Positions 57,437-64,000 of a DNA stretch of 64,000 nt are shown here, piece by piece; positions within the stretch are counted from its first letter, which is position 1; each line of letters opens with the position of its first letter. Source of the stretch: Oikopleura dioica. Lineage: Eukaryota > Animalia > Chordata. The stretch lies in assembly GCA_907165135.1 (NCBI GenBank), contig OU015566.1, positions 13,826,001-13,890,000 of the forward strand. Reading direction: 5' to 3'. Made by a program: the position numbers and the translations under genes. The notes under the pieces were generated by a model. It ran no database searches. It had not been told where the DNA came from and saw nothing but the letters and a program-made list of their open reading frames with translations.

Positions 57437-60400
57437 ATGAAGAAATCTCCCTTAGCAGAGAAACGAAAAATGGGCTTGAAGCTGTTTGACGAGCCGGATC
57501 AGTTTGGAAAAAGCCCGAATGCAAAAGGCGCCGGAAAGAAGCCACAGGTTCCGAGATTTATGAAGAAAACCGGCGAGTGTAATATCCGGCAAGTATGTTA
57601 AAATGGAGGAGAATTTGGGGAAAAGGAACATTTTAGGATTCGAAAGAGAAATTTGAACGATTCATTTCGGATTTCTTTACGACGATGATTGATCTTCCTT
57701 TCAGCATTTTTATGCTTTCTTATGTTTCTTTTTATGTCTTCAGGCGAGTTTCAAAAGTACAGGTAGTTACAGCCTGATTTCGATATTTTGGACGATAAAA
57801 AATCTTTAGCCAATAAGAATTGGGCATTTTTCATGTGAGCCAATCAAAAATCAGAAAAAGAGTTGAATAATAGAGTCCTTTCTGTGGAAATTTTGAGCCA
57901 GAAAAGGCCGTTTTTGAAACAAAAAAAGCTGGATAATATTTTCATCTGTATATTATGTCGATGCCAAAGCTCGTGGAGACATTGACTACTATCAAGCAAG
58001 AGAGAAACTGGATGTATTGACAAAGTCGTATTGGGAAAACAAGACCATGGTCAATCAAATCCGGCATTTTTCTCAAGAAACAGGTTCTCAAAAGACCATA
58101 AATCTCTTTTGAAAAGTTTCTTTTTACAATTTTTTTAGGGACATTTCCTAGATTTATAATTATAAGAATTACTGATTGCTGCTATCATAAAAAGATTTCA
58201 AGCATCAAAGTTAAGGATTATCAAGTTTTAGAACCTATTAAAAGAAGAACTCATTAATTTTTCGATCAACGCAACATCAGACAGCAGCCGCCACTTGGAC
58301 GAAAACGACGTGTTTTATTTAAGGTGAGTGCTGAATAGTTCAATCAGCAGAAATCAAAAACAAACTCTTGAAATTTAGAAACCTGGACCAGAGCTACGAT
58401 CGACAGTATTACTGGCTCGTCAACGACACTTATGAGCGACCGGTCTGTTTTGAGAATGTCAACTCTTTTCAAACCGCGTTTTTGTTTTTTGTTGAGACGG
58501 AAACGACGGTTGGCTATGGGAAGAGGACTATTACAGGAAGGTTGATCAAGAAATTATTCTAATGTCAAATCAATTACAGTTAGGATTGAAAATTTGAGTG
58601 ATTTTTCTATGAAAAATGGCGAAAAAGGGAAAGAACCAAAAATATGGCAGTGATTTTCTGGATCATGGTTTTGATTGGCCGCTAGGCCAAATGCAGCAAT
58701 CTTATTGGTAGTTCAAAAATTCACTTCCAATCTTTGGTTTAGTCCCAATTTCGTAGGTTTTTGAGTCAAAAAACGGCAATTTTGAAGATTTTTTGCCGGC
58801 ACAGAATTGCCAGTTTCCAAGATGCCAACCAATGAATTGCCAGAATACGATTCTGACTGTATTTCAACAGAAAATCGCTCTAAAAGAGGCACATATTTTC
58901 AACTTTTCGAATATACAATCGTTGTAAAATCAAGTTTACAAAAGAGACACTCGTCTTTAGTTGATTCAAGCTTGTTTTCTTCGAGTAAAAGACTTGTTCT
59001 AGTATGTTTCTGGAGTGACAGTATTTAGAAGTTCTAACTGCTGTTATTCTATATTCCGCCGAGTCTGGTTTCGGCCATCAATTTTAAAAACGAACAAGTT
59101 TGAAAGCGAGGACAACCAATTTCTGGCAGAAGTGGTTTTGATCGTTGGACTCCTCGTCCTTGGGCATTATTCCCTTTGTGAATTTTTAAAATCGCGTGTC
59201 CGGAACAGAGGAAAAGACACTTTACACCGCGAAAACACGTGGCTGTTTTTGTTGGCTCCGGGTAAGGGGGATGCTTTTCCGATCAATTTGAAAAGCAAAT
59301 TGTCCTGAAGCGATTCTGCTGCTCATTATACAGGTGATTTTGGACTCATTTGAATAAGATCGATGATTCTTTAGTGTTTGGCCGGAACGATGGTGGATGC
59401 TTTCATGGTCGGATGTATCTTTATCAAAATTTCCAAGCCTCAGGAAAGTTTTTCAAAAGCTCTAGAATCAAATGCAACCCATAAGTGACCTAAAACTCAT
59501 GAATATTTATATTTTAAAAACTGATTTTTATCGAATTATTTTTACAAGATTGGAAGCGTGATTCATCAAAATTTATTACTTTACTTGTTTTCTATTTTGA
59601 AATCATTTTTTTTGACAAAAACCTGGCGGGCCCAACCAGGAAAGGTCCGGAGACCTTTTTTCGAAGACATCCATTACTCTGATATAGTTCGTCAAGTTCT
59701 GTGAGTTCAGGAGCGTTCCCAATTCGGAGCAATCTGCATGTTTGCCTGATCGTGCTGCTGATTGAATCTGAGTGCGTTTGAGTTCGTTCGTAATCTGAAT
59801 CTGGAATTTCGTCTAACCACGATAATGGATTTGGACGCTTCGGGATTCGAACCTGCGTGATCAGCGCGGGCCGAGGGGGGTGGAACGCGCTGCAGCCGGA
59901 GCTACAGACGCGCCCGGGCAAGCGGCGAAAAAGGCACCTTTTATGGCGAAAAATTGATACGCATCTTTGGAAAGATCTTAAGAAAAAATTCCGCGGAAAC
60001 CATTTTTATCATATTTTTAGCATGAATTTATAATTTTATTGATATTTTTTACTGAATACAAAAAAATAAATCGAAAAATATCGTTATAGCCAAATGCAAT
60101 CGATTTGAGTTGAAAAGAAAGGCTCGAAAAGAACAAAAACGACACCCTTATTTTCTCCGACAATGCGGTCATCGCCATTCGTGATGGAAAATACAACTTC
60201 ATGTTTCGAATCGGAAACCTCCGAAATTCCCTTTTGTCAAATGCATCTGCAAGGTCAAGTTTATCAAGTCCAAACAAACCATCGAGGTACTCAATTTTTT
60301 AAGAAAAAAAAACGTTTTCAATCCTTTTAAGGGGGAGTTTTTGCCGTTGGACCAGCGGGATATGGATGTAGGAACAGCTACAGGGGCTGATAAGCTGTTT

Positions 60401-61683
60401 CTAGTGACGCCGATGATTATCAAACATGAAATTAACGAGAAGAGCCCGTTTTGGGAGATGAGGAATGGGTTTTGAAATCAAGGAAGAGTGCCCAAATGAG
60501 CGATATTTTTCCGGAAATTCGGAGAAAGCTCAACACTTATGACTCACAACAAAAATTCTTGTCGACGAATCAAATTGCTCAAAAAAGGTCGCCGACCAAT
60601 CAAAACACCGAATTTTCCATAACTTTTGAGGATTTTTTATAGTTGAAAAATCCGGTGTTCTGATTGGTCGACGACCTTTTTTGAGCATTTTGATTCGTCC
60701 ACAAGAATTTTTGATAAGAAACTGACTAGCTGAACAAAATTGGCTTGTAAAAGATCAATTTGCACTTGAATTTTTTTACCCACGAAAAGCTGCACCGACA
60801 TGATGGCCGAGCAGTTTGAAATCATCGTGCTACTTGAAGGCGTGGTCGAATCTACGGGACAAAGCTCTCAAGCGCGCACGAGCTACTTGAACAACGAAAT
60901 CCTCTGGGGACACCGGTAAAGCAGCGACTTTGCTTGAAATTTAATTTCATCGCTTGGAAATTGATCCGGCGCTCTGCATCTGCATTATTCACGGCCATTT
61001 ATCTTCTGAGCCTTTGTTTTTTAGGTTCAACCCGATTTTAAGTCTCGGCGGCGCGACTAATGAGTATTCAACAGGATCGGCAATTATTTAACCGGATCTT
61101 TTTTCTCCAAACAGGACTTTATTTGATGGAGATGGTAGTTGATTGCCATTTAGACTATTCGATGTTCAACAAAACCTACGAAGTTAATATGCCTACATGT
61201 TCAGCAAGGGATGAAATTTACATCAATAGGGTTAGAAATAAAAGGAGACATGTAGCTTTTCTACGAGTATTCAACAGCATTTGGTCAAAATTGACTGGTT
61301 TTTCGCGGATTTCGAAGCAGAAATCATCAATTTTTCGTTATTCTTGACCAAATATTGCTCCATTTTGGCCAGAAATAGCGATTTTTCAACATTTTTGGTC
61401 AAAATTGGTAAGTTTGTTGGTCTAAAATCTAAGAAAAAGACCAATCAAAGCCATTTTTGACCAAAAATCGGATAAAAATCACAATTTATATTTTTAAATT
61501 CCTCTTTTTTTCTCGCCATAAAATCGCAAAAATCGACGAAAAACCGACAGGATCTCCCATTTTTTGAACAAAAAATTTCATCCCTCAAAAGCCCAGTTTA
61601 CGCAGTTGAGCAAGATGTCCGAAAAAACTCCTCGTCCAGCTTCATTAAGCTCTTCTCCGTATGAATTATTAGATTTGAGCTGA
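57437..61683 (+). CDS. Inward-rectifier K+ channel, Kir3/GIRK-like
   Basis: [38 protein letters not shown]...[35 protein letters not shown]...EILWGHRF. Confidence 0.9.
59592..59921 (-). CDS. Possible antisense exon/ORF inside a Kir intron
   Basis: [30 protein letters not shown]... is coding-like; no family recognised. Confidence 0.3.
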   Translation of the reverse strand: MPGRVCSSGCSAFHPPRPALITQVRIPKRPNPLSWLDEIPDSDYERTQTHSDSISSTIRQTCRLLRIGNAPELTELDELYQSNGCLRKKVSGPFLVGPARFLSKKMISK

Positions 61684-62329
61684 TTTTCCTCCTTGATTTC
61701 GACTCTCGGAGAAAGCAGTCTCCCTACTAACCCGCCCTTTTCTAGGCAAAAGTTTAAAAAGAAAGCAAAGGGTATAATGATGGTTTCGAAATTAATGAAA
61801 GCCAGTTCGGACTCGCAAGACTCGCATGGCGCTCCCGATATAAGGTGAAATCGTCGCTCGCGTCTGGAATATTTTTTTTAAATGTCAAACTAAACTACTC
61901 CTCCACTCACGGAAATTTGGTGAATATTTAATTGCGAATATTCCAGATTCGCAAATCCTTATATCCACTTGTTGTTGTTCAGGGCTACAGAATGGAATGA
62001 ATATAAGACCAGCCCGAGGTCTTGAATTTGAACCATCTTTAGCTGATCCCCATTTTTTGTTATCATTTTGAAAATGATAAGAAATCATAAATGATATGTT
62101 GCGACTTTTTGACTAAAAAAAGGGGCCCTATCCAAGATTTTCGACTAGAAATCGAATTTTGCGCTCAAGATTGTCATTCAAAAGTGGCGCGCCGCGCTCT
62201 GATTGGTCGAAAATCCGTCAAATACCCGAAAATCGACAATCTTGGGCCCGATTCTGGGGGTTTCAAAGACAATCTTGGAAATCTTGGAATTTTCATTCGC
62301 CACATATCGCGTCTTTCAATAGTCAAAAA

Positions 62330-63257
62330 AATCACGTGACAGTACTGCTGACTGTAAAGTTGTAGCGTCACCGCTGATACCCCACAGGAATCGCCGAAGT
62401 TCAATAAACCCGCTCCTTCCAGTCGATCTGCCAAGCTCAACAAGCTGCTGGTCGAATTCGCTTGAGATGAAATATCGAAGAAAGAGCCTTATTTGTACAT
62501 CTCTCGCTATCTAACTTATTTATTATCAGAATAAAAACAACTGTACAGAATTTAAAATCTAAGATATGCATCATTTGCGCACACATATCCCGCTTAGACT
62601 TATCTGATAAGAAGAGCTTATTCAAGAGCTGCACTTTCGAGGTGCAATTATAGAGTTTTACGAAAAGAGTCTGCTCGCCACTCATGAATAAATCCTCCAG
62701 GAGCAGACACTTACGCATTTCCCTGTAAAATTTGCAGAGAAAAAGTTTTAGAAAAAAAAAAGGATTGATGAAGTAAAAACAGGCCGAAAAAGCGAACAGG
62801 GAGGAGAACTAAAACTTTAACTAAAAACATAAATATACAGTGACCTCGGATTCGCGGCGCCTTTCTGTCTTTTTCTTCTTTTGACACAGTAATTACTGAA
62901 TAACGCAGCTGCGGTAAAAGGAATTTTAATAGCATGCTATCAGAATTTCAAACAGACATTTTTTGCTTCATAACTCTTCATTTTTTTATCGCGACTTTTT
63001 TCTTGAAAAGCATATTTATCGATAAAAACATCGGTAATTATTACGTGGTTATTAATTAGCAACCGCTTGGAATGCAAACAACAGTTGCGAAAGAACGAGA
63101 TTGCATTACGTGGTCTGGGTTTTGGGACAATCGCTAATTCCCGAGAAAGAAACAAAGAAACGTAAAAAATGGATGGTGGCGCGCGCGCGGTGCTCGTTGG
63201 TGGTGCTGCTCCGTGTACGTTACCCTGTGGCATTGGAGTTCCAGAGCTGTAACCCAC
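62330..63257 (-). CDS. Putative multi-exon gene of unknown function
   Basis: MGYSSGTPMPQGNVHG... first exon, an 8-nt AG/GT-bounded segment near 62714-62721, and SLLSLADRLEGAGLLNFGDSCG. Not assembled. Confidence 0.3.
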
Positions 63258-63918
63258 GCGCTTTTTACTTTCGCTAGTGCTACTAGTGCGCTAAGTACCG
63301 CAGCATTACTTCTCCAAAACCGATGATTGTTGCTTTGTTATCGAAATGACGAGGCGGGAGTAAACGAAAAATTTTTAAATTCAACATCGAGACAAAAATA
63401 CAAGAAAAAAAGAAGGCTCAGAAAGTTTATTACAAAAAATAACACACAAAGAAAAATTAAAAGAAAAAAAACGATAAAAAGAGATAATTTTAAGAAGAAA
63501 AATGAAGACTTTTATGCTTGCTGGACTCGCAGCTGCGCAAAATTCAGGTTAATTAATTGATTTTAGTGCTAATTTTCGCTCTTATAAGATGACAAAATCT
63601 TTTCCACGACCCAGACTCAGGTTTTTACGCAAGTTTCGCAGCCTAGTTTTGATCTCATGTATTGACGACATTTATTTTATAAAAGAGAATAAATTCTTGC
63701 CTTCTTCGCCCCATCTCTTCAATTTAGTAATTAAAAATAATCCCTCCCTCGAAAAGTTAAACCCCCAAAACCGCGAAACTGTTTACCAAAATGCCCGTAA
63801 CGTAAAATCCAATCCCCCAATATCTCCAAGTACAGTAGCTAGAAATCTTTAATCCTTGAGTCAGCTAGTCTTCTCCGAAGAAAATAACCTTTATCCGTAA
63901 AATTAAGAATATTCCGTA

Positions 63919-64000
63919 CTGGGCTCGGCAACATGAATAGAAAACCTCAGCTCCTGGAAGAGCTAAAATGAAAAGCCGCGCAGCGGCTTTTTTAAAAACG
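63919..64000. mobile_element. MITE family 1 left arm, truncated by window end
   Basis: CTGGGCTCGGCAAC...AAAAGCCGCGCAGCGGCTTTT. Confidence 0.8.

Noticed and set aside
59830-59918. Functional tRNA (Trp or Sec)
   Set aside because: T-stem and acceptor mismatches, no D-loop GG, no 7-nt anticodon loop, no long variable arm.

Overview
Compact eukaryotic DNA with very short introns (about 35-50 nt), frequent non-GT donors and dense MITEs. It is most consistent with an appendicularian tunicate such as Oikopleura dioica; this is inferred from intron style and protein families, not from a database hit. Genes that can be reconstructed: a Cys-rich/kelch-like type II membrane gene plus a tandem paralog, an SLC22 transporter, tRNA-Arg(TCG), an RFWD3-type RING gene, two tandem LARP6-like RRM genes, a sulfotransferase-family gene, a divergent Bcl-2 homolog, a C2H2 zinc-finger gene, GGACT, an IRG-like GTPase with a nested antisense ORF, a secreted Cys-rich/coiled-coil gene and a Kir3-like channel. 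The strongest signal is a 5-exon, 627-aa secreted protein (52420-55042) ending in a complete two-domain microbial-type expansin, in what is probably a cellulose-making animal. The second signal is palindromic MITEs from two families that sit inside coding sequence and can be spliced out using a GT from the target-site duplication and an AG from the terminal inverted repeat (introner-like). The third is a TA-flanked TIR element carrying a 23-unit hairpin satellite inside a 43-nt intron. All gene models are manual and lack transcript support.
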